A stretch of 64,000 bases of DNA, taken from contig OZ025672.1 in assembly GCA_964019335.1 (NCBI GenBank), positions 124,001-188,000 on the forward strand. Reading direction: 5' to 3'. The position numbers and the translations under genes are program-made. This document shows, in pieces, positions 46,199 through 56,800 of this stretch (position 1 is its first letter; each line of letters begins with the position of its first letter). A model generated the notes under the pieces. That model had not been told where the DNA came from. It saw only the letters and a list, made by a program, of their open reading frames with translations, and ran no database searches. The DNA is from Diplonema japonicum (taxonomy: Eukaryota; Protista; Euglenozoa: Diplonemea).

Positions 46199-46882
46199 TC
46201 ATAGCCGCGCGGCACGATTTATTATAGAAGCGAAGTGTTCTGGAGACTGAGCGCCAGATGTGTGCAGCTGCCTCTTAGGGTAGGTGGCGGGGTAGATGAT
46301 GAAGTCAGGGATGGAGCAGATGCCGTTGGCACCATTGGCAACGTCTTTGTGTTGCACGCTGCTGAGATATTCATCGGACTTGAGGAGCTCTAAAACCTCA
46401 GCTTCCGCGAGGCCTGCTTCCAGAGCTGCGGACAAGAGTGTTTCGTGGGACCCAATGTTTTCACATTCAGTGAAATATTTTCTAAACATATTTTCCATGA
46501 GCTGGTTTTGCACCGCAGCGCCGTGCTTTGCCAGTGTGTACCACAGCAGGCGGTGCCCGTCCATGGAGTTGCCGATCACGCAGCCCGGTTTGTAGCTGAA
46601 ATCCAAACCGTACTCTCTCCCATGCACCCGAATCGCAGAGTTTTCATCCAGAAGAAGTTTCTTCGCATGACGTTTACCAAACTTCTCTGCAAGGGCTTGC
46701 ATCCTGTCGATGCCTTCTGCGGGCACATTCCTCCGCAGGAAGAAAGGATGCCATCTGACCTCCACGTCTATCTTTTCCGTGCACGCAGCGATGCCCGTCT
46801 CCAGCGCCCGCTTTCCTATCCAGCAGAACGGGCACAAGATGTCAGACACCACGTTCACTATGATAAGAGGCTTGTATGGCAT
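46199..46882 (-). CDS. FrnE/DsbA-family thiol-disulfide oxidoreductase, paralogue 1
   Basis: VSDILCPFCWIGKR, VRWHPFFL, cis-Pro loop GICSIPDF and SGAQSPE. Confidence 0.92.
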   Translation of the reverse strand: MPYKPLIIVNVVSDILCPFCWIGKRALETGIAACTEKIDVEVRWHPFFLRRNVPAEGIDRMQALAEKFGKRHAKKLLLDENSAIRVHGREYGLDFSYKPGCVIGNSMDGHRLLWYTLAKHGAAVQNQLMENMFRKYFTECENIGSHETLLSAALEAGLAEAEVLELLKSDEYLSSVQHKDVANGANGICSIPDFIIYPATYPKRQLHTSGAQSPEHFASIINRAARL

Positions 46883-47041
46883 ATTTGTAAAAAAAACTGG
46901 GATGCGATGTAATCTAAGTATAGGAATTGGTTTAAAATAAAAAGCTAATACAAAAAATATGTCTAACCCGCAGGGTTCCGCGGCAACGTGTGCTGGGTAC
47001 CTTCAAGGGCAGACGTCACGTGGATTAGGGAGGATTGTTTT

Positions 47042-47722
47042 CTAGAGCTTTGCAACACGGTTGATGATGGACGCAAAGTGGTCGGGGCTCTGCGCGCCAG
47101 ATGTGTGCACCTTGTCGCTGGGTGAGGAAGCGGAGTAGATGGTGAAGTCGGGGACAGAGTTGATCCCATTGGCACCGTTGGTGGTGTCCTTGCGCTGCAC
47201 TTCACTGAGGTACTGGTCGGATTTCAAGAAGTCAACAGTCTCAGCCTCTGTGAGGCCCGCCTCAAGCGCTGCCGACACAAGCATGTCATGGGAACCAATG
47301 TTCTCACACTCTGCAAAATACTTCCTAAAGATGATCTCCATGAGCTTGTTCTGCACCACTGAGCCGTGCTTTGCCAGTGTGTACCACAGCAGGCGGTGCC
47401 CGTCCATGGAGTTGCCGACAACGCAGCCCGGTTTGTAGTTGAAGTCCAAGCCGTACTGTCTCCCGTTCACCTTCACAGGGGAGTTCGTGTCAAGAAGGAA
47501 ATATTTGGCCTGCTCCGCACCGAACTTCTCGGTGTACGCCATCATTTTGTCGATGCCTTGCTTGGGGACACCCCTCCGCAGGAAGAAAGGGTGCCACCTG
47601 ACCTCCACGTCGACCTTCTCTGAAAGCGAGGCGACACCCTTCTCCAGCGCCCTCTTCCCCACCCAACAGAAGGGGCACAGGATGTCAGACACGATGTCGA
47701 CGATGACGTGAGGCTTTGACAT
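47042..47722 (-). CDS. FrnE/DsbA-family thiol-disulfide oxidoreductase, paralogue 2
   Basis: Tandem paralogue with the same motifs. ATG at 47722. Confidence 0.92.
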   Translation of the reverse strand: MSKPHVIVDIVSDILCPFCWVGKRALEKGVASLSEKVDVEVRWHPFFLRRGVPKQGIDKMMAYTEKFGAEQAKYFLLDTNSPVKVNGRQYGLDFNYKPGCVVGNSMDGHRLLWYTLAKHGSVVQNKLMEIIFRKYFAECENIGSHDMLVSAALEAGLTEAETVDFLKSDQYLSEVQRKDTTNGANGINSVPDFTIYSASSPSDKVHTSGAQSPDHFASIINRVAKL

Positions 47723-47728
47723 TTTTTC

Positions 47729-47762
<34 letters not shown>

Positions 47763-47966
47763 CCTACTGGTTCTTCTTTGATCATTTGAAACAACGTAGG
47801 GGGGAGAAAAATATAAGAGATAAAGGAGGTCAGTGTTAAGTGGCTCCCTGCACACGCTGTCTAAAAAAAAAAAAAAAAAGAAGCGGAAAAGAGCGGTCTA
47901 CTTTTCTTTCTTTTTCTTCTTTTTCTGCAGTGTAGAGATGGGGAAAAAAAAACAGCGTTATCATTA

Positions 47967-48386
47967 TTATTTAGACGATTCGAGATTCATGAGCGCGGCG
48001 AAAAAACTATGGTGCGGTTCTACGTCAGGTTTGAGTGCTTTGACATGGGTGTAGGCTTCGTCGAGAGACATGGTGTTCATGAGCCACACCATCACGATGG
48101 TGGGTGCTCGGTGTACTCCCCATCTGCTGTGGACGAGGATCTTGCCTTTCGCCTCCAAGCAGCTAGAGATGAACATGAGACACTCGTAAAAACACGAATC
48201 GATATCGGCTTCAACACTGTCGCTCAACCCGAGATCCTTGTATTCCACTCCTGCAAAGAACTTGCTTTCCACTTCCCCAGCAGTGTTTAGAATATGAGTA
48301 ATGCCCAAGGCCTTCAGCGCTGCTTCATCATGAGCAGCTTCCATCGAGCTTAAGTACACACCCTCAGCGACCTCAACCGCAGTCAT
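47967..48386 (-). CDS. Atypical dual-specificity phosphatase fold, predicted inactive (Cys to Ser)
   Basis: EVAEGVYLS, LGITHILN, LSDS, GKILVHSRWGVHRAPTIVMVWLM and VEPHHSF. Confidence 0.88.
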   Translation of the reverse strand: MTAVEVAEGVYLSSMEAAHDEAALKALGITHILNTAGEVESKFFAGVEYKDLGLSDSVEADIDSCFYECLMFISSCLEAKGKILVHSRWGVHRAPTIVMVWLMNTMSLDEAYTHVKALKPDVEPHHSFFAALMNLESSK

Positions 48387-48750
48387 CGTCGACTGGTTCT
48401 ATGAAAGTATTTCAAAATGTTAAGGGGGGGTGGGTGAAAATACCATTTTCGCTTTTTATTTTTGCGCGTACGCGGGAAAGAGAAAGACACATGCGTTGCA
48501 ACCTAGAAAACTATAAGGGGGAGGGGGGGGGGGGTGTTTTCTAGCTCTTGTGACTCCGCTTGAACCTATATCGGGTTTTATAGAAACCTTCCACCAAGCA
48601 CAGCCTTAGTGCGGACGGGTGTCGCATGATTCATCAGCACCCCAAGAATATGCTAGGCCAAATGGTGGAGAAGATAAAAGAGAAAAAAAAAATATATATA
48701 TATGTGGTCAATTTTATTCTATGCTGAAAGCGACTCCCTTCTTTTCCTTA

Positions 48751-49110
48751 AGTCAACCGACCACACAGTCGGCTCCAAGTGTACCATAAAGTACATGGGG
48801 TGGGGTGGGGTGGGGTGTTTAGACACGGTATGTCTGGTCGTTGTTTCCTCGCGGCAGGGTGTGTGGGGGGGCATCTTTTTCGTTTGCCGAAGCCAAATGC
48901 GATCCAGTACCACTGTTACCCTGTTTTGAGAGGTCTGTTTGTGCCAGGGTGACACTTGCTCTGCCGCTTGGTAGTGCAATAGCTGATGACAGCCGGCCAA
49001 GGCTTGCCTTATTCTTGTCTCTGAGCACCCGTCACACTGGCACAGACTTTCCGACTCGCTTAAGGGTGCGTTACGCACCAGACCGCCAAAGGTTTTGCTC
49101 GCTAAAAAGA
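48751..49110 (+). mobile_element. Dispersed SINE/SIDER-like repeat, copy B
   Basis: Homologous to 15676-15985, with a ~55-bp extra block near 48966-49022 and an A-rich tail. Confidence 0.7.
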
Positions 49111-49209
49111 AAAAGAGGGGAGAGAAAGAAAAAAAAAGAAGAAGACAGAAAGAAAAAAACGTAAACGATAGAACGTAGAAACATTCTGTTTTTTTTTTTT
49201 TTTATATTA

Positions 49210-50654
49210 AAGGGGGGTCCGAATAATTCCCTCCCAAATAATGTGTTTTTTCCCAAATAATTCTTTTTTTTTTTCGGGGATTTTTCCGCTCCAAATTTCC
49301 CAAATAATTCCCGACCCCCTTTCCTTTTTTTTGGGGGGGACCGGGGGGGTGGGGGGGTCACATGGTAGTCGTACAGCGGGTTTTTCTCAGTTACGCCTGT
49401 GCAGGGTACTAGCCTACCTAACCCATGTACTACACCCCTTTTTTGACCAAAAAGTATTTCCGCCTGGTTTTGGGCACTTACGAGCAATTCTTTTGCATTT
49501 TTGAACAGGGACCACGGGGTTTGGCACCTGGGGGTTATTGTGGGGGACTATTTTTTTTCTTAACGCAAGAAGCTAGATGGTTCGTGATGAACGGTTCAAA
49601 ATTTCACGGAACTACTTAGTTCGAAGGCGCTTTGTGGGTGGCCCGGGTGCTTCTGCGTTGCCGGAAGGGCACGTGCATTCATGTGTTGACAACTTATCCA
49701 GTATTTGCTTTGTTTCGTGTGCTGGACCGGCGAGCTACCTAGAAAAACCCCATTTTCTTCTAGAAGATGAGAAATATGTTTAAGTGCGACATGATCTGGA
49801 ACGGCCTCCCCGGGGCATCCTCTGCTCAACCCGGCGGACGTGGGAGGTCCTTCTTCGGAAGGTGCCAGTCGCTTGATCAGTGCCGTCGAATGCGCGCTAT
49901 ATTTTATAAGTACATATAACAATCGATTGAAAAGGAAAAGTACGTATTGTGAGGCTGCTTCTGTGTGGCACCGGCGATTCAGACCTCCCGCCATTTTGAG
50001 GGGGTTAGGGGGGGCTGTGGCATTCCCCAAGCAGCCGAGGCGGGACATTGGTTGATGACTGCAGCAGAGCGCCGAATCAACGTGGGTAGGGCAGGCACAT
50101 GAGAAAGGTCATACAACTGCTGTATGCGGTCTCGCGGCTACCTTCCAGGTAGTTCCGAGGAGACCATACAGCTAAGGGCACTTAGCGAAGTAAGCACTTT
50201 GAAGGGGTCGGACCCTTTAGACAGTGCAGCACAGAACGTTGTTGCGGGTGTTACAATGGACACTGCACCTGACGAGACTCCAGCAGCCTCCCAAGCCCTT
50301 GCTGCTTCTCAAGACCCGACAGTTTCTCAAGCCTCTCAGACCCCTGCAACCTCCCAGCAACCACCTACCAAAACCAGGCGGTTTGTCTGCAACGTTTGTG
50401 GGTTCTCCACAGCCTGGGAGAAAACTGTTAAAATTTCCCTTAGGAAAAAAAAAGGGCATGAAAGAAATCTTGGCACGATTTGGCATGTTAAGATTTCCGA
50501 AGTGCTCCAAGCCCCACTCCCTGCTTTCCATGTGGCAGGCCCCAGCCCAAATAAGTACAACCCAAATAAGTGTATTCCAAATAATTCTTTTTTTTTTGAG
50601 CCCAAACACCCCTCCTCCACTGCCCAAATAAAGGGATTATTCGGACCCCCCCTT
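49210..50654 (+). mobile_element. Non-autonomous TIR DNA transposon, copy 2 (inverted relative to copy 1)
   Basis: Ends TA|AAGGGGGGTCCGAATAATTCCCT and AGGGATTATTCGGACCCCCCCTT|TA. CCAAATAA repeats near both ends; truncated internal ORF. Confidence 0.87.
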
Positions 50655-50686
50655 TATGCCCTTTTTTTTTTTTTTTTTTTTCCAAA

Positions 50687-52540
50687 TCACGAATTTTGCC
50701 ACCGTTTTGAACGGTCGGAAAAAGGGCTTCTGATGTCTGCTATCCGTGGCGGCGGCAACGAGGAGCTGAAAACTGTCTGCGACGACGGCTTCGTGTTTTG
50801 CAACTTGGCTCGTTTCTTCTTCTGCACCGTGAGAGGAGACCGCGTTGAGAGGATCTTATTCGGGTCGAGCGTCTTCTTACTGCAACTACTGCTGCAAGTG
50901 CTGCTCGCACCACCACTACCAAATGGCACAACAACATCGCGTTCTAAAGGCACAGCAGCGTTTCTAAAAGTGGATAATGGTTGCGGTTGTGACACAGAAC
51001 TGGAGTTGTCGCTGACCGTACTGCAGTCGGGTACCTCCCATATGTAGTTTGCTTGTGTAACGGCCTCGCTGTTTTCCTCCGTCACCCGGGCGGGTTCTAC
51101 ATTGTCATTAATATTGTCGCTCTCCACCTTGTCTTTAAGCAATTGATGCACAGGCTGTTCCAGTTCACCAGAACTATCGTCTGAAAATATTTCATCCTCA
51201 ATAAGGTCCGCGATGCTTGATAAGTTAGTTTCGTGCGGCGAAACAATGGGCACTGTGGGCGACCCTAAAAAATGCGGGTTTGCGGACACCATGTTGCTGT
51301 TGCTGCTGTTGTCATTCTTCTTACTAGATTTGCACAACCGGAAGGTGGAGAACGAAGGCGGGCGGTCCAACGTTTTCATCGGCGAAAACAAGCTCTGCGA
51401 CTGCGACCTCCACGAACCGTTTGTGGAAAGCGAAACAGATAAATAACCAGGCACTTCCAAAGCGGTGTCCAACGGTGTCTCAACAACACCTAGCAACGAG
51501 TCGAAATCCTCCAAAGATTCTTCCGAAAGAATCTCAAAAGACGACTCCAACCGTCTTTCCGAGATCCTCTCCCTGTCCAACGCGGCTTGCTTGACATAGG
51601 AAGGTTCGTCATAACGGTCTTCCTGTTGAACTTGTCTCTTTAACGCACCGTTGCTGTGTTCCAAAGGAAGAAGATCGTTTCTGCTGTACAATCCGACTTC
51701 TCCGGTAGGTGATTTGACCTTGTATGAGTTTTTTACAAAGGGGCCCATATCCTTGATGACCCGTCCCACTTCTTTCGAAGATTTCAAACAGCCGTTCAAG
51801 GTAGCACTGTGGGACAATATCACAGTGTCCCGTACTGTGCAGCACACAGAGTTGCTCAACAACCGGGGGGATTCAATATGAAGCCGTTCCGACGGGTAGC
51901 TGGCGTCGTCGAACTGTACTTTTATGTACGACTGCTTCTTCGATATAACAATACCCCTCCGCCATGCTAAGTCCTTACACAGAACGGACACAGTGGGACC
52001 TGTTTGCCTATCAACCGAAGTCGGGGTCACCAAGGCAGTGTATCCTTTAAAGGAAACAATGAGATGGTGGGGCTCACCTCCAATGATGCGGCCTTTGGTG
52101 CCTTCCATTATGTTATCGGTGACTTGTCTGTTGGTCACAACGATTTCGCCTACTTGGAACCCGAAGACAGTTGAGATGGCGGACACGATGAAGTCTTCTC
52201 CATGAACAGTCCATAGAGCGTCTAAAGGGCTTTTTGCGGCTTCGTGGGATGCGGCGATGCTCTTGCCGCCTAGCTTGCCCACGACTACCCAGCGTCCTTT
52301 GTCGAAGTACATCCATCGTCGAAGGCGGCCTGCTTCCTTTTCCCATACGTCCCTGTTTTCCCATTTTCGTAACCGTTTCTCGTACAGCCCGCTGCATGCT
52401 TGGACCTCTTTGGACGGTATCCAGTGGCATGTCACCCAGAGATTGCTCGGCACTGCCCCACAGATCTCATACTGCCTGCCCCTCCAATTCGCATACCACA
52501 CTCCGCATAGCACCGCCAGTAATGCTAGAACACAAAGCAT
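50687..52540 (-). CDS. Hypothetical protein (617 aa) with N-terminal membrane anchor, tandem SH3/Tudor-like barrels and a Ser-rich tail
   Basis: MLCVLALLAVLCGVWY; FQVGEIVV..GTKGRIIG..LIVSF; WRRGIVI..IKVQFDD. Confidence 0.8.
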   Translation of the reverse strand: MLCVLALLAVLCGVWYANWRGRQYEICGAVPSNLWVTCHWIPSKEVQACSGLYEKRLRKWENRDVWEKEAGRLRRWMYFDKGRWVVVGKLGGKSIAASHEAAKSPLDALWTVHGEDFIVSAISTVFGFQVGEIVVTNRQVTDNIMEGTKGRIIGGEPHHLIVSFKGYTALVTPTSVDRQTGPTVSVLCKDLAWRRGIVISKKQSYIKVQFDDASYPSERLHIESPRLLSNSVCCTVRDTVILSHSATLNGCLKSSKEVGRVIKDMGPFVKNSYKVKSPTGEVGLYSRNDLLPLEHSNGALKRQVQQEDRYDEPSYVKQAALDRERISERRLESSFEILSEESLEDFDSLLGVVETPLDTALEVPGYLSVSLSTNGSWRSQSQSLFSPMKTLDRPPSFSTFRLCKSSKKNDNSSNSNMVSANPHFLGSPTVPIVSPHETNLSSIADLIEDEIFSDDSSGELEQPVHQLLKDKVESDNINDNVEPARVTEENSEAVTQANYIWEVPDCSTVSDNSSSVSQPQPLSTFRNAAVPLERDVVVPFGSGGASSTCSSSCSKKTLDPNKILSTRSPLTVQKKKRAKLQNTKPSSQTVFSSSLPPPRIADIRSPFSDRSKRWQNS

Positions 52541-52635
52541 GGTTTTCTTTTTTTAAATGCTTTTTTTTATATTGTTTTGTTCGTTTTGCGTGAAGAAAAG
52601 GGGGGGGAAAAAAAAGAGGAATAAAGACGGGGACT

Positions 52636-53436
52636 TTATAAAAAGCCCCTTCCGGCACTGTATCGCTGTTGGATGTTTCTGTGCTTCATGAGGTGTCCGT
52701 AATATTCTTGCTCGGCAGCTTCGCGAGCTGCTTCTTCCTCGGCAAAGGTGGCTTCTTGTTTCGATTTTGCAGGGGTCGCGAGAGAGGTGAGGAACTCCTT
52801 CCGAATGGCTTCCTCACCACGCGCTTCTATTTGTGAGGCGAGGAAAAGAGGGAGAAAGCGCTGCCTTGCGGAGTGCTCTTCTGTTTCTATTGTGTTGCGG
52901 TGTTGGTGCTGACGTGACAGCACGCCACGCATTGCTGAACGGAAGTTCGACATCAATAGAATGTCCTTTTGCGAGGTAAAATCACGGGACAATAGTATTC
53001 TTTTTAAAAAGATCTGGTCTTTGCGATGCTGCATGCTCGCAGCCTCTGCTGCCCTCTGCTTCTTAGAGCATTTTTCCTGCTGGCGCTGTGCTTCAATCTG
53101 TTCTAAGTATTGTAAGTACCCTTGCTGCACGGCTTCATCGATTTGTTCAATCTGTACACAAGGTTGAAGCAAGTTTTGACGTGTTGAATCTCCCTTCTTT
53201 TGCTCTACTTGTACAGGTTCCTTTTGCAACTCTTCTATGACCTTTTTGAGCTCTTTAGATCTCCATTCCTCCTTCACCTCGGTCTTTTTCCAAGGGCCGC
53301 TCTCCTCTAGTTTTTTTATTTCGCATCGCAGTTCGGCTGATGTGGGCCAGGGTGTGCATTCTGCTTGTAAACTCGACTCCAGAGAGATGAGCCGCCGCCT
53401 TGCCTTCCGGTTTTCAAAATATGGCAATTGTGTCAT
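52636..53436 (-). CDS. Hypothetical coiled-coil protein (266 aa)
   Basis: E/Q/K/R-rich ORF filling a coding-like island. Confidence 0.78.
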   Translation of the reverse strand: MTQLPYFENRKARRRLISLESSLQAECTPWPTSAELRCEIKKLEESGPWKKTEVKEEWRSKELKKVIEELQKEPVQVEQKKGDSTRQNLLQPCVQIEQIDEAVQQGYLQYLEQIEAQRQQEKCSKKQRAAEAASMQHRKDQIFLKRILLSRDFTSQKDILLMSNFRSAMRGVLSRQHQHRNTIETEEHSARQRFLPLFLASQIEARGEEAIRKEFLTSLATPAKSKQEATFAEEEAAREAAEQEYYGHLMKHRNIQQRYSAGRGFL

Positions 53437-53835
53437 AGTTCCCTATTTCTACTTTTTGTTTTTTTTTTTTTTTATTACCCCTGTTTTAAAAAATAACTTT
53501 CGATCAACAAGAAGAAAAAAAAAAAAAAAAAAACCCCTCCTTCCACACACTTTTCTTTCTTGGAACAGGGGGATGGGGTAAACGAAACCCACAAGAGGGA
53601 AAAAAAAAACTGCCCCCACCACCACCATGGGGAAAAACAAATTCAAGGAGTGAAACAACGCAATCTTCTCTCTCTTTTCTTTTCTTCTTTCTTTTTCTTT
53701 TTATCGGTGTGGGCGGACCATTTTCCTTCAGGGGTAAAAGGGGACAAGATAGAAGGAGGGGGGGGGGGGTAATTTCTTTTTTCTTCTTTTTACTTCATCC
53801 TCTTCTCTTTTTTTTTTTATTTTCCCCTCTCACAC

Positions 53836-56800
53836 TCAAGCTAAAGGCCTGCGACAAATTCTCCCGTCTGACCCAGCAGAGTACAGTGCTGTCATGCTAA
53901 ACTCTAGTTGAGTAGTACCTATTGTATTTTTTTTCCCTTTTTTTTTTCCTTTCCCTCTTCTTAAATACCAGTTGAGTGTCCTTCAAAACCAAAGCCACCC
54001 AGCTTAGACCGCGGGTGAGCGGACTCAAAGGTATGAGTGATATCGAGACCCTTACTAGGGTTAAGAATCACAATGTCACCGTCAGTAGTACCAAGGGCAG
54101 CCAGATCACTGAACGGGTGTGTAGCACAAGACTTAAACGAACGGTCGTGAATGCGTGCCTGTAAAAAAGAAAAAAAAGAAAAATACAACACCACAAAAAA
54201 AAAAAAGAAATGTGCATACATGGTACACAGGCGACTTTAAATTCCGCAAATCGTACAAGCACACTTCGCCCCTCTTCCCTGCCACCAAGATGTCCCGTCT
54301 CGGCCTGAGCATTGCTATACAAGTGGCTTCCATCTCGTGTGGGAGATTTGTTGTTTGGACACCAGGGTGGTGTCCTCGGCGCAGGTGCAGTAAATCATGT
54401 AGAATTAAATGATTCGGTCCCTTCCCGCCGCCTACAGATGCGAGGAGCATCCCATCATCGAGGAAGCACAGCGACGCGCAGGACTCCTTATGTGTTGGAG
54501 CGGAGGCGACAGGCGTGCCTGTTGTAGCGTTCGGGTTGAAATAATACGCTGAAATGTTGCCCTTAACATCCGACGTCGCAAGCATGGTACCGTTCAAGGA
54601 AAACGCCACATCAGTTAGCTGCTCAGGAACAGGGCTTTGGTACGTACTGACTATCTGCCCAGGGGACCCGATCTCATGGGAAAACGCAAAGTCTCCCCCT
54701 GCAGTAACATAGTACGGCATCGTGGGGTTGACCCTTACCATGCGGGGGTCGTCCACTTTCACAGGCGACGGTTGTTTCCCAGACTTTGGCGAAGGCGGCA
54801 AAGGGGAAGTGCTTGGCGATGCAAAGAACCCGTCCAGAACGCCCTTGTTCTCAGAGGTAACCTCACAGAGGCCTTTGTTGGTGCAGACCACCAAGGTATC
54901 GTTGCTCAACGCGAAATCATAGATGCTCCCCTTCCTCCCCTTCACCTCTTCATTAACATGCGCCTCATCAACGGACTTACCTGTCGGGGTACGTGCCGAG
55001 CTCATGTGTTCCACTAGTTCCGTGGATCCGAACGACCCAAGGTTCTTTGCGTCCTTTACTGTTTTATCGGCAGGGAAGGCCGACCCTGCCAGTGCGACCA
55101 ACGCCGGGTTCCGCTTCGCGATCCGCTTAATATTAATCACAGAAGTGGTCAGGAATGAGTTCCCTTCGCTCCTTGAAGGGGTCAGGTCCCGTCGAAGCGG
55201 GTCTTTGCAAGCATGCCGCATTGCGCGTGACGTGTTCAGCGTCGGTGTCACGGAGTGCATGACGGACAACAGCGTCGGCGACACCAACATCCGCTTAGAA
55301 CGGTGGATTGAGAAGACCTCGGGGAGCTGTGCCATGACCTGCTTGCCTGCAGAGATGCATGATGAGTAGTACTGAAGTCCTCTTGAAGAAGTGATGTCGC
55401 TTCGTGGGATGAGATGTCTCAGCTTGTACAGCAGCGCGTACGCAGTGACAAGTCGGAGCGTCTCGCAGTCCTTTACCTCCGACCGACTCAAAGACACCAC
55501 TTCTTCGTCGTTGTTTTGGTACTGCAGTTCCTGTCGCGCGTCGTCCCATGCCTGAGCCGTCTCGTCCTCGAGCTTCGCCTTCAGTTGCATTACCTTTCTG
55601 ATCCATGCAATGTCCGTGCCGACCTCCACCTTCGACGGTGCGTCCAGCAACGCAGACATCAGTGGTATGTCCCTGTCGTTCCACGCCTTCGCGGCAAGTT
55701 CCACCACAAGCGCGTTGAACAAAGCAATGCTCTTGTTCCCATCCATGCTCACACACTGCGCGCTCCCGCCTGATTTAAACTTCCATAATATGGCGACCAG
55801 CTGCTCGGCAGTACCTGGTCCTTCTTCACCCCACTTCCCAATCTCAATCTTTGTGGTCAGCGGTAGTGCACCCAACCTGGAGTATATCCCACTGCAGATA
55901 GTCAGCACGGAGTTCGGTATCGTTAGCCCACCGTGCAACAGGAACAACTGCACAAGTTGCTTGCGAGACGTGTAGCGCTGTTGTAATTCGGACTTCAGGA
56001 GCAGCTTGTTCTGCTTTAGCTCCATTGAGGTGCTCTGCAGGAAGGCTTCCGTCTGCTCGATTGACGTGGACCATGCATCCGTGATGCCTTGACAACCCTC
56101 GATGACCTTCTGCGTCACGCCAGCGCATATCACCTGGCAAGCTGTGTCTAAAAACTGCGATACCAACCCCACTGCAAGCCTCCATCTCAGCATTGACAAC
56201 AGCCCTTCGCAGATCTCTTCGTCATCATCATCATCATCAGAGTCATCGTCGTCATCGGCAGCCTTCGGGCTCTGTGGCATGCCCCATCCACCCATCATGT
56301 CCAGAGTGCCTGACTCGATGGCCGACTGCTGCTTTTCAGCAGCCTTCTGCTTCTTCCTCGCCTCCTTCGCTGCTCCGCTGCCTTTCTCTTCCAACGCCTG
56401 TGCATACTGCGCAGAAAACATCCTGTAGTAGTACAGGGCGATGGAGAGATGTCCCTTGTCGAGGTGCGACTTCACTGACCGGAGCAGCAAGACGCTCCTC
56501 TTTGACGCGGAGAAGATGGTATCTGCAGCAACACGAAGCTGCGGCTGGTTCACAATCCTCGCGACGATCTCGTAGAGGCGGTCTGTGCTGCGGATGTCGA
56601 GGAGATGCGCGATGGACTCTTGGTAGTTGCCGAGCTTCCAATCGATGAAATGCTGGACCCATGGGTCTGTTTCGGTCACCAGACGTTTGGTTATAAAAGC
56701 CTTAGTGAGCGGGCCAAGGAGGGGAGAGTCGTCGACAAGCCTCAGGACCGTGTACGCGAGACACCAATCGTTCAGCCTCTCGACGATGATGTTGGCAGCA

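Noticed and set aside
46199-47722. DsbA/FrnE pair as recent bacterial cargo of the TIR elements
   Set aside because: The family also occurs in eukaryotes, the composition resembles neighbouring genes, and the bracketed block includes an intron-containing copine. A phylogeny would be needed.
48983-49010. CTGATGA followed by an AGCC/GGCT stem as a hammerhead ribozyme
   Set aside because: There is no GAAA after the stem, and the block is absent from the other copy of the repeat.
50124-51047. 307-aa plus-strand ORF as a real gene
   Set aside because: It runs through the TIR, a T-run and the antisense of the next gene. Only the first ~100 codons look coding.
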